NCBI GenBank assembly: GCA_009694195.1
Contig: SHVQ01000012.1
Location: 591-64,590 of the forward strand
DNA from: Rhodospirillales bacterium
GTDB lineage: Bacteria; Pseudomonadota; Alphaproteobacteria; Rhodospirillales; SHVQ01
Direction of reading: 5' to 3'
DNA: 64,000 bases
The notes under the pieces are model-generated. The model did no database searches. It was not told where the DNA came from and saw nothing but the letters and a program-made list of their open reading frames with translations. Shown in pieces: positions 7,981 to 17,544 of this stretch; the stretch's first letter is position 1, and the number at the start of each line of letters is the position of its first letter. The position numbers and the translations under genes were made by a program.

Positions 7981-8892
7981 ATGATGGCGTTCTTCCTTTT
8001 GCTCTGGCTCCTCAATTCGGTGACCCAGGAGACGCTCGAAGGCATCTCCAATATCTTCGCGCCGATCACAACTTCCAAGTCGGCGACCGGTTCGGGGGAT
8101 ATCCTCGCCGGCAAGACCATCGCCCAGGAAGGCGTCGCGGTCGACCTGCCGCCGCCGAAGGCGGGCACGGGGGGCGAGGCACAAGACACGCCCAAGGATC
8201 AGCAGGAAGCCAAGAAGCAGGAGGACCAGCAGTTCCAGGAAGTCGAAGAGAAGCTGCGCCAGGCGGTGGAAGCGTTGCCGCAGCTCCGCCAGCTCAAGGA
8301 CAGCCTGCTGATCGACAACACGCCGGAGGGGCTTCGCATCCAGCTGATCGATCGCGAGGGCTTTCCCCTCTTCCCGAGCGGCAGCGCCGAGCCCCACCTG
8401 CACACCAAGCGGTTGCTCGAACAGGTCTCCAAGGTCATCCAGACCATGCCCCAGCAGCTCTCGATCTCCGGCCACACGGACGCGGTGAAGTACGTCACCG
8501 AGCGCGGCTACAGCAACTGGGAGCTGTCGGCGGATCGTGCCAATGCGGCCCGCCGCTCGCTGGTGGACTTCGGGACGCCGGGCGAACGGGTAAACCAAGT
8601 CGTGGGCAAGGCCGAGACCGAGCCCCTCGTCGCCGAGAACCCGAAAGACGCGCGCAATCGCCGCCTCGCGATCATCATGCTCAGGGGCACGGGCACCGGC
8701 GCCCAGGGAAAGCAGTCGGGCGAGGGTCCGCGGAAGTTGAAGGAGACGCTGCCGGGCCTCGACCGCATCCGTGAGCAGCAACTGAAGGGGGAGACGAAAT
8801 CCGACGCCGCCCCGGCGGCAACGCCGCCAGCGGCACCGGCACGCGCGCCTGCACCGGCGGCCGCTCCGCCGGCGCAGCGCCCGCGCCAGTAG
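7981..8892 (+). CDS. motB: flagellar stator protein MotB (OmpA-like C-terminal domain) with a problematic N-terminus
   Basis: MMAFFLLLWLLNS TM segment. C-terminal peptidoglycan-binding domain (ISGHTDAVKY...NWELSADRANAARRSL...NRRLAIIML). The conserved HGGHHGGAWKVAYADFVTA, including the proton-channel Asp, is encoded in frame at 7921..7980 but has no start codon. Confidence 0.8.
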   Translation: MMAFFLLLWLLNSVTQETLEGISNIFAPITTSKSATGSGDILAGKTIAQEGVAVDLPPPKAGTGGEAQDTPKDQQEAKKQEDQQFQEVEEKLRQAVEALPQLRQLKDSLLIDNTPEGLRIQLIDREGFPLFPSGSAEPHLHTKRLLEQVSKVIQTMPQQLSISGHTDAVKYVTERGYSNWELSADRANAARRSLVDFGTPGERVNQVVGKAETEPLVAENPKDARNRRLAIIMLRGTGTGAQGKQSGEGPRKLKETLPGLDRIREQQLKGETKSDAAPAATPPAAPARAPAPAAAPPAQRPRQ

Positions 8893-8959
8893 TGAGCGCG
8901 CCCGGCGCCCAGGATTTCAGGCACTGGACATCCGCCTTTTTTGTGGCGCACCATCGCGG

Positions 8960-9706
8960 TTGGATGAGGCGATGAAGCACCAACCGATCGACAACATGCG
9001 GTTCTTTTTCGCGACGGCACCCCTGCCGTGCCCGTATCTTCCCGGCCGCGTCGAGCGTCGGGTCGTCACGGAGCTGGTCGGGCGCAACGCCGCGACCCTG
9101 CACGATTCCCTTTCGCACGCGGGCTTCCGGCGCAGCCATCGCATCGTCTACGCCCCCGCCTGCCCGGGCTGCAACGCCTGCATCGCGGTGCGCGTGATCG
9201 TCGATGAGTTTCAGCGCTCGGCTTCGCAGCGCCGTGTGTGGAACGGCAACCTCGACATTCGGGCGGCCGAGAGCCCGGCGACGGCGACCGAAGAGCAATA
9301 CGCTCTCTTCGCCGCTTACCAGAATTCCCGCCATGCCCAAGGCGACATGGCGAAAATGGATGTCCTCGATTACCAGGCCCTGGTCGAGGACACGGTCGTC
9401 GACACCTTCGTCGCCGAGTTCCGCGACGCAGACAGGCGGCTCGTCGCCGCCTGTCTGGCCGACCGGCTGAAGGACGGCCTCTCCGCCGTCTACAGCTACT
9501 TCGATCCGGCGCTCGCCCGCCACTCGCTCGGAACCTACATGATCCTCTGGCTGATCGAGCGGGCGCGCGAGCTCGGTCTCGCGTACGTGTACCTGGGCTA
9601 CTGGATCGAGGACTGCAAGAAGATGTCCTACAAGGCCAAGTTCCGCCCCGTCGAAGCTGTCGGGCCGGACGGCTGGTTCCGCATGCCCGAACCTGCGGAG
9701 AGCTGA
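8960..9706 (+). CDS. bpt: aspartate/glutamate leucyltransferase Bpt (arginyl-tRNA-protein transferase family)
   Basis: PCPYLPGR, FRRS, the CPGCNAC motif and the C-terminal GYWI...MSYKAKFRP are typical of bacterial Bpt. The start could be 8960 or 8972. Confidence 0.85.
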   Translation: MDEAMKHQPIDNMRFFFATAPLPCPYLPGRVERRVVTELVGRNAATLHDSLSHAGFRRSHRIVYAPACPGCNACIAVRVIVDEFQRSASQRRVWNGNLDIRAAESPATATEEQYALFAAYQNSRHAQGDMAKMDVLDYQALVEDTVVDTFVAEFRDADRRLVAACLADRLKDGLSAVYSYFDPALARHSLGTYMILWLIERARELGLAYVYLGYWIEDCKKMSYKAKFRPVEAVGPDGWFRMPEPAES

Positions 9707-9734
9707 CGCGCGCTTCGGGTCCGGGGGGACCAAC

Positions 9735-10826
9735 ATGCAACGCCGAAAGTTCCTGAAGAGCGCGACCGCGGTCGGGATCGCCGGCGCCGCGAGCCTGCCG
9801 AAGCCGGCGCTCGCGCAAGGCCGCCGCGAGCTCCGGATGGCGCTCTCGTGGCCGAAGGATTTCCCGATCTTCGGCGCCAGCGCGGCCCGCATCGCGGCCC
9901 GTATCAGCGCCCTCAGCGAGGGCAAGCTCGCGGTCAAGGTGTACGGCGCGGGCGAGCTGGTGCCGGCCTTCGAGGTGTTCGACGCCGTCGCGGGGGGAGC
10001 GGCCGACCTCTATCACTCGGCCGCCTATTACTTCGAGGCCCGCTCGCGCGCGCTCAATTTTTTCACCACGGTTCCGTTCGGTCTCACCGCCGCCGAGATG
10101 TCGGCGTGGCTCCATTACGGCGGCGGCCAGGAACTGTGGGATGAGGTCTGCAAGGGATTCAACCTGAAGCCCTTCGCCGCCGGCAACACGGGCGCCCAGA
10201 TGGCCGGCTGGTTCGTGAGAGAGGTCAACAGCATCGAGGACCTGAAGGGTCTGAAAGTCCGGATGGCGGGCCTCGGCGGCGACGTGCTGCGCCGATTCGG
10301 CGCCACCGTGGTGAACCTCCCGCCGGCGGAAATCCTGCCGGCGTTCCGCTCCCGCGCGATCGCCGCCGCCGAGTGGATCGGACCCGCGAGCGATCTCGCG
10401 CTCGGCCTCCATACGGCCGCCAAGCATTACTACTACCCGGGATTTCACGAGCCGAGCGGCGCGGTCGATCTCTCGATCAATCTCGCGGTCTGGAACAGCC
10501 TCGCCAAGGATCAGCAGGAGATGATCCGGACCGTGGCGGCGGCCGAGAACGATCTCGTCCACGCCGAGTGCAACGCCCGCAACGCCGAAGCGCTCGACAC
10601 CCTCGTCACCAAGCACGAGGTCAAGCTGCAGCGCTTCGCCGACCCGATCCTCGCCGCCTTCGGCCAGCGCGCGGGCGAGGTTATGGCCGCGCTCGCCGCC
10701 GGCGATCCCCTCGCCAAGAAGGTCTCCGACAGCTTCATGGCGTTCCGCAAAGGCGCGCTCCGCTGGGCGCGCTACGGCGACCTCGCCGCATCCCAGGCCC
10801 GCCTGCTGCCCTTCAAGTACGGGTAG
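9735..10826 (+). CDS. TRAP transporter substrate-binding protein (Tat signal peptide)
   Basis: MQRRKFLKSATAVGIAGAASLPKPALA twin-arginine leader and a DctP-superfamily-like body. No DctQ/DctM gene is adjacent. Confidence 0.85.
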   Translation: MQRRKFLKSATAVGIAGAASLPKPALAQGRRELRMALSWPKDFPIFGASAARIAARISALSEGKLAVKVYGAGELVPAFEVFDAVAGGAADLYHSAAYYFEARSRALNFFTTVPFGLTAAEMSAWLHYGGGQELWDEVCKGFNLKPFAAGNTGAQMAGWFVREVNSIEDLKGLKVRMAGLGGDVLRRFGATVVNLPPAEILPAFRSRAIAAAEWIGPASDLALGLHTAAKHYYYPGFHEPSGAVDLSINLAVWNSLAKDQQEMIRTVAAAENDLVHAECNARNAEALDTLVTKHEVKLQRFADPILAAFGQRAGEVMAALAAGDPLAKKVSDSFMAFRKGALRWARYGDLAASQARLLPFKYG

Positions 10827-10833
10827 GGCCCTG

Positions 10834-10891
10834 TCGTCACCCCCGCGGAAGCAGGGGTCCAGCACTGGATTCCCGCTTGCGCGGGAATGAC
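10834..10891. repeat. REP/MITE-like palindromic element, family A
   Basis: CGTCACCCCCGCGGAAGCAGGGGTCCAG...TGGATTCCCGCTTGCGCGGGAATGACG. Two GC-rich hairpins are bracketed by CGTCA/TGACG termini. Related copies appear at eight further sites in the window. Confidence 0.8.
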
Positions 10892-11331
10892 GAGTCGAGA
10901 CGTTTATACGCCGTTTCGAGCATCAGGTCCTTCCGCGGCCCCCGGACACGCCAAACCACTTGCCACGCATCCGCGCTCGCTGCGGTATAGCGCCCCTCGT
11001 ACACGTCGGGCGCGCACGCGTGCGTCGCGTCCCAGGTGCCGTTCGACAGGTCGAGGTCGTGGAAGGCGGAGCCGTCCTCGAACATGACGAGAGCACGGGC
11101 GGGTGCCGGAAAGACGTAGCGGTAGGCGCGGAAGGCTTCGCCTTCGTAGGCCTCGACGAGGAGGCGCCCGGTCTCGAAATAGCGAAGATCGTCGCCGTCC
11201 GGCGCGAACATGGCTGCGCCTTCGAACGCGCCGGTCGTTGTGCGGGCGCGGTCCTCGATCGCGCGACTGACGGTCCAGCGGCCGGTGAGGTAGCGGCGGA
11301 GGTCGGGAACCGGGAAGCCGCCCGCGTTCAA
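10837..11331 (-). CDS. DUF6314-like hypothetical protein
   Basis: LTGRWTVSRAIEDR...YFETG...HACAPDVYEGRY...WRVRGPRKD matches my recollection of the DUF6314 family. The likely TTG start at 11331 overlaps the bioY stop (TTGA). The last ~18 aa (SFPRKRESSAGPLLPRG) are read out of REP element A. Confidence 0.55.
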   Translation of the reverse strand: MNAGGFPVPDLRRYLTGRWTVSRAIEDRARTTTGAFEGAAMFAPDGDDLRYFETGRLLVEAYEGEAFRAYRYVFPAPARALVMFEDGSAFHDLDLSNGTWDATHACAPDVYEGRYTAASADAWQVVWRVRGPRKDLMLETAYKRLDSSFPRKRESSAGPLLPRG

Positions 11332-11927
11332 GTCTTGGCGCGGCCGAGCAGGGTCCAGGCGAGCGGCATGACCGCCGCAGCGAGAGCGAGTTTCACGACC
11401 GAGGCGAGGATGAACGGCGTCACGCCGACATCGATGGCTTTGGAAAACCCGAACAGTACGGCGAGCCAGGCCACGCCCGGGATAAAGAGTAAGACGGTGC
11501 CAATCACCATGGCGCTGACCGCCAACGGCACGTTCCGGTCCCACCCGCGCTCGGCCAGCCACCCCACCGCCGCCGCGGCCACGAGAAAGCCCAGCAGATA
11601 ACCGCCGGTCGGTCCCATCATGTAGGGAATGCCGATGCCCTTCTCGGGCGTGCCGGCGAATACCGGCAGTCCCGCTGCACCCTCGGCGAGATAGAGCAGC
11701 ACCGTCGCCGCCCCGAGCCGCCAGCCATAGGCCATGCCAATGACGAGCACGGCAAAGGACTGCATCGTCATGGGCACCGGATAGAACGGCACCTGCACCT
11801 TGGCCGAGAGGGTGAGCAGCAGGCTTCCCGCGACCGCGAGCGCGGCCAGGCGGAAAAGCTTCGTTCCCTCGCCCGCCGGCCAAAGGGCGGACGCAAGCGT
11901 GACCGATGGTGTCGCGGCGACGGTCAT
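11328..11927 (-). CDS. bioY: biotin transporter BioY
   Basis: A 199-aa polytopic membrane protein with VPFYPVPMTMQSFAVL and GPTGGYLLGF motifs. Confidence 0.9.
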   Translation of the reverse strand: MTVAATPSVTLASALWPAGEGTKLFRLAALAVAGSLLLTLSAKVQVPFYPVPMTMQSFAVLVIGMAYGWRLGAATVLLYLAEGAAGLPVFAGTPEKGIGIPYMMGPTGGYLLGFLVAAAAVGWLAERGWDRNVPLAVSAMVIGTVLLFIPGVAWLAVLFGFSKAIDVGVTPFILASVVKLALAAAVMPLAWTLLGRAKT

Positions 11928-11955
11928 GGGTGTTTCCCTTTATTGGTCGGCAACG

Positions 11956-13029
11956 TCAAAACTTGGAGAGCCAGGCGTTGAACTTCTCCTGGATTTCCTG
12001 GATGTGATCGGCCCACCACTCTTCGTTCCGGACGACCACCTTCGTGTTGGCCATGTTCATTGGCGCGGTCGCCAAATTCGGCAGCATCTTGGCATCCACA
12101 TACTGGAGGGCCGATTTGCGCGAGGGCCCGTAGGGGATGACGTTCGCATAACGGCCCATGACCTCGGGCCGCAAGCTATAGGCCGCGAGCTTGAGCGCCT
12201 CGTCCTGGCGCGGGCCTTTCGGGATGATGATCGTCTGGAAGGCCTGGAGCTGGCCGTCCCAGATAATGACGAACTTCTTTCCCTCCTGATTGGCGGGATA
12301 GACGCGGCCGCTGATGGTGGACGTGAAGGCGACCTCGCCGTTGCCGAGAAGCTGAATGGCTTGCTCGTTCCGGTCGTAGAACAGCAGGTCCTTCTTCATC
12401 GATTCGGCTTTCGCGATGAAGCGCTCGTAGCCTTTTCGCTTGTCGATCTCCTCATAGATCTTGTCCGGCGCGACCCCGTCGGCCATCAGGGAGTGTTCGA
12501 TGAAATTCTTGACCCGCTTGCGGATGCCGCGCTTGCCCGGAAACGTCTTGGTATCGAACGCGTCCTGGATGGTGGTCGGGATCTTGCCGCCCCACTCCGG
12601 CGGGAGCCGGCCGGAATCGTATGCCATGATCGCAGCGAACACTTCCGAGCCGACGCCGCATTTGTGGAACATGCCGGGAAAATAATCGCTGCGGTCGCCG
12701 AGGATGCTGTCCGGAATCTCGACCAGCAGGCCGAGCTCGCAGCCGGCAATCGCGTGCTCGAGGTCGGCGAGCAGCATGTCCCAGGTGACGTTCTTCGCCT
12801 CGACCTGGGCTTTCACCTTGGCGAACTCGCCGTTCCAGGTGTCGTCGAGCACGCGGACGCCGGTTTCCTTGCTGTAGGGCTGCCATATGGCGACGCGCTC
12901 GGCCTCCTGAAGCCCGCCGCCCCAGGAGACGACCGTCATTTTGCGCTCCTGGGCCGAAGCGGGCGCGGCCTGCGCGAGACCGAACGCGAGAATCGTTGCG
13001 CACATGGAAAGCGTTGTTCTGAGTGCCAT
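11956..13029 (-). CDS. periplasmic ABC-transporter substrate-binding protein (PotD/polyamine-type, family 1)
   Basis: Start at MALRTTLSMCATILAFGLAQAAPASA (signal peptide). PotD/PotF-like body. No permease or ATPase gene is adjacent. Confidence 0.8.
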   Translation of the reverse strand: MALRTTLSMCATILAFGLAQAAPASAQERKMTVVSWGGGLQEAERVAIWQPYSKETGVRVLDDTWNGEFAKVKAQVEAKNVTWDMLLADLEHAIAGCELGLLVEIPDSILGDRSDYFPGMFHKCGVGSEVFAAIMAYDSGRLPPEWGGKIPTTIQDAFDTKTFPGKRGIRKRVKNFIEHSLMADGVAPDKIYEEIDKRKGYERFIAKAESMKKDLLFYDRNEQAIQLLGNGEVAFTSTISGRVYPANQEGKKFVIIWDGQLQAFQTIIIPKGPRQDEALKLAAYSLRPEVMGRYANVIPYGPSRKSALQYVDAKMLPNLATAPMNMANTKVVVRNEEWWADHIQEIQEKFNAWLSKF

Positions 13030-13104
13030 GGGAATGGATCGCCTTCTTGGGTTGGTTATCCTGAGGGAATGTGTGGGGATGGTACACACAGCCGTGCCGG
13101 AAGC

Positions 13105-15333
13105 TCAAGTAAACCGGTTCGCGCGGGGGAAGCCCTTCGGCACCACGCGGCCGGCTTGGCCGCGCTTGCCGATCCAGAACTTGATGTCGGTCTCCGTGTG
13201 GTCGCCCTTGCCGCCGGCCCGCCAGGTAAGCCCCTGTTTCGTGTTGAGGGTGGTGACGTCGGCGAGCGTGCCCTCGGCGTAGCGCTGCAGGATGACGCCG
13301 CGCCCGCGCGTCATGGTCGGAAGCTCGTCCAGCGTGAAGATCAGGAGCTTCCGGTTGGCGCCGAGGACGGCGACGGCGTCGGCACCCTCGGCGATTGCGG
13401 TCGCCGCCTCCGCCTTCTCGCCCTCGCCCAGGTTCAACACCTGTTTTCCGTTCCGGGTCTGGGCGACGACCTCGCTCTCCTCGACGATGAAGCCGCGGCC
13501 GGCGTCGGAGGCGACCACGAGCTTGCGCCCGGGCGAATGCACGAACATGGCGGCCAGATCGTGCTCGTTCGCGAGGTCGATCATCAGGCGGATCGGCTCC
13601 CCGTGGCCGCGCCCGCCCGGCAGCTTGTCGCAGCCAAGCGTGTAAAAGCGCCCGTTGGTCGCGAACACCAGGAGCTTGTCGGTGGTCTGGGCGTGGAGGA
13701 AGAAGCGCGGCCGGTCGCCCTCCTTGTACTTGATCTCCTGGTCGTCCTGGACGTGGCCCTTGATCGCCCGGATCCAGCCCTTTTCGGACGCCACGACGGT
13801 GATCGGCTCGCGCTCGATCATCGCCTCCACAGGCACGTCGACTTCGGCGGGCGCGGTTCCGATCTCCGTCCGCCGGCGGCCGAGCGGCGTCTTCGGCCCG
13901 AACGCCTGCCTGACCTCGGCGATATCGGCCGCGATCGCCTTCCAGCGCTTGTCCTCGTTCTTGAGCAGGCTCCGGAGGCCCGTGCGCTCGTCAGTCAGGG
14001 CCTTGTGCTCGGACTTGATCTCCATCTCCTCGAGCTTCCGCAATTGGCGGAGCCGCATGTTGAGGATCGCCTCGGCCTGGACCTCGGTCAGCTTGAACGC
14101 CTTCACCAGTTTCGGCTTCGGCTCCTCGCTCTCGCGGATGATCTTGATCACCTTGTCGAGGTTGAGGTAGGCGATCAAGAAACCTTCAAGGATTTCAAGG
14201 CGATCTTCGATCTTCTTCAGGCGGAACTTGCTGCGCCGGACGAGCACGTCGTGGCGGTGGTCGAGGAACGCCTGCAGCGCCTCCCGCAGGTTCATCACGC
14301 GGGGCGTGTTGCTGGCGTCCAGCACGTTGAGATTGAGCCCGAAGCGGGACTCGAGCTCGGTCTGGCGGAAGAGCTGCTCCATCAGGAGCTCCGGCGCGAC
14401 CAGGCGGCTCTTCGGCTCGAGCACGATCCGCACGTCTTCGCTCGACTCGTCCCGCACGTCGGCCAGCAGCGGCAGCTTCTTCTCCGACAAAAGCTCCGCC
14501 ATCCGCTCGATCAGCCGCGATTTCGGGACCTGATACGGAATCTCGGTGACCACGATCTGGTAGACGCCGTGGCCGAGTTTCTCAACCGCCCATTTGGCCC
14601 GCACCCGGAAGCTCCCCCGTCCCGTTCGGTAGGCCTCGACGATGGCTTGGCGGGCCTCGGCGAGCACGCCGCCGGTCGGGAAATCGGGCCCCGGGATCAT
14701 TTCGACCAGCTTGTCGAAGGTCGCGTTCGGGAACTTGATCAGGTGGAGAAGCGCATCGCAGAGCTCGCCCGCGTTGTGGGGCGGGATGTTGGTCGCCATG
14801 CCGACCGCAATGCCTGAGGACCCGTTCGCCAGCAGGTTCGGGAAGCGGGCGGGCAGGACGACGGGCTCGGCGTCCTCGCCGTCGTAGGTCGGGCGGAGAT
14901 CGACGGCATTCTCGTCGATGCCTTCCAGGAGGAGCGCGGCGACCTCGGTCATCCGCGCTTCCGTGTATCGCATGGCCGCCGCGTTATCGCCGTCGATGTT
15001 GCCGAAGTTCCCCTGCCCGTCCACCAGCGGATAGCGCTGGGCGAAGGTCTGGGCGAGGCGGACGAGGGCGTCGTAGACCGCCACGTCGCCGTGCGGGTGG
15101 TATTTGCCGATCACGTCGCCGACCACGCGGGCGCATTTCTTGTAGCCGGTCGCCGGGTCGAGGCGGAGCTGGCGCATGGCGTAGAGAATCCGGCGGTGGA
15201 CGGGCTTCAAGCCGTCGCGCACATCGGGGAGCGAGCGCGCCATGATCGTCGAAAGCGCGTAGGCGAGGTAGCGCTCGCCGAGCGCGTCGACGAGCGGCGT
15301 TTCGCGGATGGATTCGGCGGGCAAAGCGTTCAT
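13105..15333 (-). CDS. parC: DNA topoisomerase IV subunit A
   Basis: [33 protein letters not shown], catalytic AAMRYTE, ~740 aa with no GyrA box. ATG 15333 is preferred because the track GTG at 15354 lies inside a REP element. Confidence 0.92.
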   Translation of the reverse strand: MNALPAESIRETPLVDALGERYLAYALSTIMARSLPDVRDGLKPVHRRILYAMRQLRLDPATGYKKCARVVGDVIGKYHPHGDVAVYDALVRLAQTFAQRYPLVDGQGNFGNIDGDNAAAMRYTEARMTEVAALLLEGIDENAVDLRPTYDGEDAEPVVLPARFPNLLANGSSGIAVGMATNIPPHNAGELCDALLHLIKFPNATFDKLVEMIPGPDFPTGGVLAEARQAIVEAYRTGRGSFRVRAKWAVEKLGHGVYQIVVTEIPYQVPKSRLIERMAELLSEKKLPLLADVRDESSEDVRIVLEPKSRLVAPELLMEQLFRQTELESRFGLNLNVLDASNTPRVMNLREALQAFLDHRHDVLVRRSKFRLKKIEDRLEILEGFLIAYLNLDKVIKIIRESEEPKPKLVKAFKLTEVQAEAILNMRLRQLRKLEEMEIKSEHKALTDERTGLRSLLKNEDKRWKAIAADIAEVRQAFGPKTPLGRRRTEIGTAPAEVDVPVEAMIEREPITVVASEKGWIRAIKGHVQDDQEIKYKEGDRPRFFLHAQTTDKLLVFATNGRFYTLGCDKLPGGRGHGEPIRLMIDLANEHDLAAMFVHSPGRKLVVASDAGRGFIVEESEVVAQTRNGKQVLNLGEGEKAEAATAIAEGADAVAVLGANRKLLIFTLDELPTMTRGRGVILQRYAEGTLADVTTLNTKQGLTWRAGGKGDHTETDIKFWIGKRGQAGRVVPKGFPRANRFT

Positions 15334-15348
15334 GCATGAACTCCATCT

Positions 15349-15454
15349 CGTCACCCCCGCGAACGCGGGGGTCCAGCCTTAAGACTGGGTTCCCGCTTTG
15401 CCTACTCCGCCGAAGCAGCCGCTTCGGCTGCGAAGGCGGGACGCGGGAACGACG
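15349..15454. repeat. REP family A element with an extra hairpin inserted in its second stem-loop
   Basis: CGTCACCCCCGCGAACGCGGGGGTCCAG...GGTTCCCGC[TTTGCCTACTCCGCCGAAGCAGCCGCTTCGGCTGCGAAGGCGGGAC]GCGGGAACGACG. Confidence 0.8.
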
Positions 15455-15496
15455 AAGCGTTACCAGCTATAGTACTTAAAGAATGAAAAGCGTCAA

Positions 15497-16219
15497 TTAA
15501 TCGCGGGACTCGAACATGGGTTCGAGCCTCTGGCGGGCCGCCGGCAGGCCCCGGTCGCGGTGGGAATAGACGTGCTGCTCGAGGAAATGCCGGGTGAGCT
15601 TCAATCCGTTCGCAACGTCAACAGGCGCGAATCCGTCTCCCCCGCCGATCAAAAAAGCCGGCAGCAGGAACAGCCGCTCGCGGTAGGGCGCCCCGGCGGC
15701 TCGCGATACGGCGCGCCCGGTCTTCGGAGAGACATAGGCGAGATCCTCCCGGGCACCGGTCGCCGCGCAACGGGAAAGATCGAGCCCGTAGCCAAGGTCG
15801 GTGAGGAGCGCGATCTCCCAGCGCACGTAGGCCGCGGGCCACGCGTCGTCGGCGAGCGCCGCCAGCAGACCCGAAAGCCCTTCGTAGACGGCCGCGTGGG
15901 CCTCGCGCTCGGGGAGCGTGGTTTCGGCGACGGCGAGGGCCGCCGTCAGGCCCGCGAGCTTGAGCCGGTCGTCGAGGAACGCCGCGCCCGAGGCGGCCAT
16001 CAGCTCCAGGGTGTAGGTGCCGAGGTGTTCGGGCAACCGGGCCCGCCAGCGGGCCTGCACCCGGTTGCCGGGTTGCAGCACGCCGCGCGCCCGCTTGCCC
16101 GCCCCGCCCCTGACGAGGCCTGGGTGCCGCCCGTGCTCGCGGGTGAGCACCGAGACGATCGCCGCCGTCTCGCCGTGCTTCCGCGCCGCCAGCACGATCC
16201 CTTCGTCGGTCCAGTCCAT
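15497..16219 (-). CDS. recO: DNA repair protein RecO
   Basis: Start at MDWTDEGIVLAARKHGE (ATG 16219). Typical RecO OB-fold N-terminus and length. Confidence 0.9.
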   Translation of the reverse strand: MDWTDEGIVLAARKHGETAAIVSVLTREHGRHPGLVRGGAGKRARGVLQPGNRVQARWRARLPEHLGTYTLELMAASGAAFLDDRLKLAGLTAALAVAETTLPEREAHAAVYEGLSGLLAALADDAWPAAYVRWEIALLTDLGYGLDLSRCAATGAREDLAYVSPKTGRAVSRAAGAPYRERLFLLPAFLIGGGDGFAPVDVANGLKLTRHFLEQHVYSHRDRGLPAARQRLEPMFESRD

Positions 16220-16329
16220 GGGGCGAGTGTAACGGAGTGGCCCAAGCCCCACGACTCGGAGTATTGAGTATCCTGGCAGCCCGCGTGTAGGATTGGGCCA
16301 TGGAGCACGAACACCTCGGGGGGAAAGCA

Positions 16330-17223
16330 ATGAAATCGAAGATAAACCGGCTGACGGCTTGCGCGCTTGTTTTGGCTTTGCCGCTGCTTGCGGCATGCGC
16401 CGGCGAATGGGACTCGGCAGCGGTGCGCAACATGCCGCTGAAGGGCAACGACTTCACCAAAGCCCTGCACAAGGAATACCTCGCGCTCGCGGAGTATGAA
16501 CAGGGCGAAGTCGACTGGCGTGGCGTGTCCTTCTACAACACGCGCGCACGCATGGCGGGGGACGGCGAACAGGTTTACCCGACCAAGCTCGATGAGCGCG
16601 GCATCCCGAAGGACAAGGAGCAGGAGCTCAGCGAGGCCCGCAACAAGCTGATGAACGCCTACTACGGCGGTGGACCAGCCAAGGCCCCGGCGCAGATGGC
16701 CAGGGCGCAAGCGATGTTCGACTGCTGGATGGAACAGCAGGAGGAAGGTCACCAAGCCGCGGATATCGCCAAATGCCGCATCGGCTACACGGCTGCGATG
16801 GACGCGTTGTGGAAGGTCGTTAATCCGCCTGTGGCGGCCGCCGCGCCGGCGCCCAAGCCCGCGGCGCCGGCCCCGGCGCCGGCACCCGCTCTCAAAGCGG
16901 AAACATTCGCGGTGTACTTCCCCCACAATAGCGCCAAGCTGGACCGGGAAGCGAAGATCGCGGTCATCAAGGCCGGGGCTTATGCAGGCGGCAAGAACAT
17001 CACCGCCGTCGTCATCAGCGGCCACGCCGACCGTTCGGGCAATGCGGCCTACAACCGCGCGCTCGCGGAACGGCGCGCGATGGCCGTCGAGAAGTTGATG
17101 AAGGACATCGGCGTCAATCCGCGGATCACCGTCCAAACGTTTGGCGAGGACGAGCCGGCCGTGAGTACGGGCGACGACGTCAAGGAGCCGCGCAACCGCC
17201 GCGTCGAGATTCGCGTTCAGTAG
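16330..17223 (+). CDS. OmpA-family lipoprotein
   Basis: MKSKINRLTACALVLALPLLAAC lipobox after GGGGGGAAAG. Pro/Ala linker. OmpA_C domain (ISGHADRSGNAAYNRALAERRA...NRRVEI). Confidence 0.85.
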   Translation: MKSKINRLTACALVLALPLLAACAGEWDSAAVRNMPLKGNDFTKALHKEYLALAEYEQGEVDWRGVSFYNTRARMAGDGEQVYPTKLDERGIPKDKEQELSEARNKLMNAYYGGGPAKAPAQMARAQAMFDCWMEQQEEGHQAADIAKCRIGYTAAMDALWKVVNPPVAAAAPAPKPAAPAPAPAPALKAETFAVYFPHNSAKLDREAKIAVIKAGAYAGGKNITAVVISGHADRSGNAAYNRALAERRAMAVEKLMKDIGVNPRITVQTFGEDEPAVSTGDDVKEPRNRRVEIRVQ

Positions 17224-17245
17224 CCGCTCTCGTTCGAGAAACCGT

Positions 17246-17280
17246 GGAACGGCGCCGGCCCTTCTGCCGGCGCCGTTTCC
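17246..17280 (+). terminator. GC-rich hairpin downstream of the OmpA-family gene
   Basis: GGAACGGCGCCGGC-cttct-GCCGGCGCCGTTTCC. There is no clear U-tract. Confidence 0.4.
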
Positions 17281-17544
17281 ATCTGCACGCGGACCCGTTT
17301 CGGCCGGTAACGTCAAAAGGTTTGTGTCAGGGCGAGAGGGGATGCGACGCCCTGGTTGTGGTTTTCGTGCCGGCACGATTCCTTCGTCGGTCCCGTCCAT
17401 GAGGGGATTAGAACGGAGCGAACGAGCGCTTCACGCCGCTCCCGGCGCCATCGTATAATCGACCGATCGCGCCCATAGTCATGAGTGAGCAAGAGCGACA
17501 AAGGCCGGCGGCAGCCCACCACCGGACGCGGGGGATTCAAAGCC

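Noticed and set aside
9066-10865. 599-aa ORF on the minus strand
   Set aside because: Antisense to bpt and the TRAP SBP gene. No motifs.
11800-14817. 1005-aa ORF on the plus strand
   Set aside because: It lies entirely antisense to the PotD-like SBP gene and parC, both of which have clear family signatures. Its translation is low-complexity and Arg/Ala/Gly/Leu-rich with no motifs. This is a typical stop-codon-poor antisense frame of a high-GC genome.
16000-17400. 466-aa ORF on the minus strand
   Set aside because: It overlaps recO out of frame and is antisense to the OmpA-family gene.
17281-17544. 264-bp spacer upstream of the CBS gene as a possible sRNA or riboswitch
   Set aside because: I could identify no conserved riboswitch core, terminator or promoter motif. 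There is insufficient evidence.
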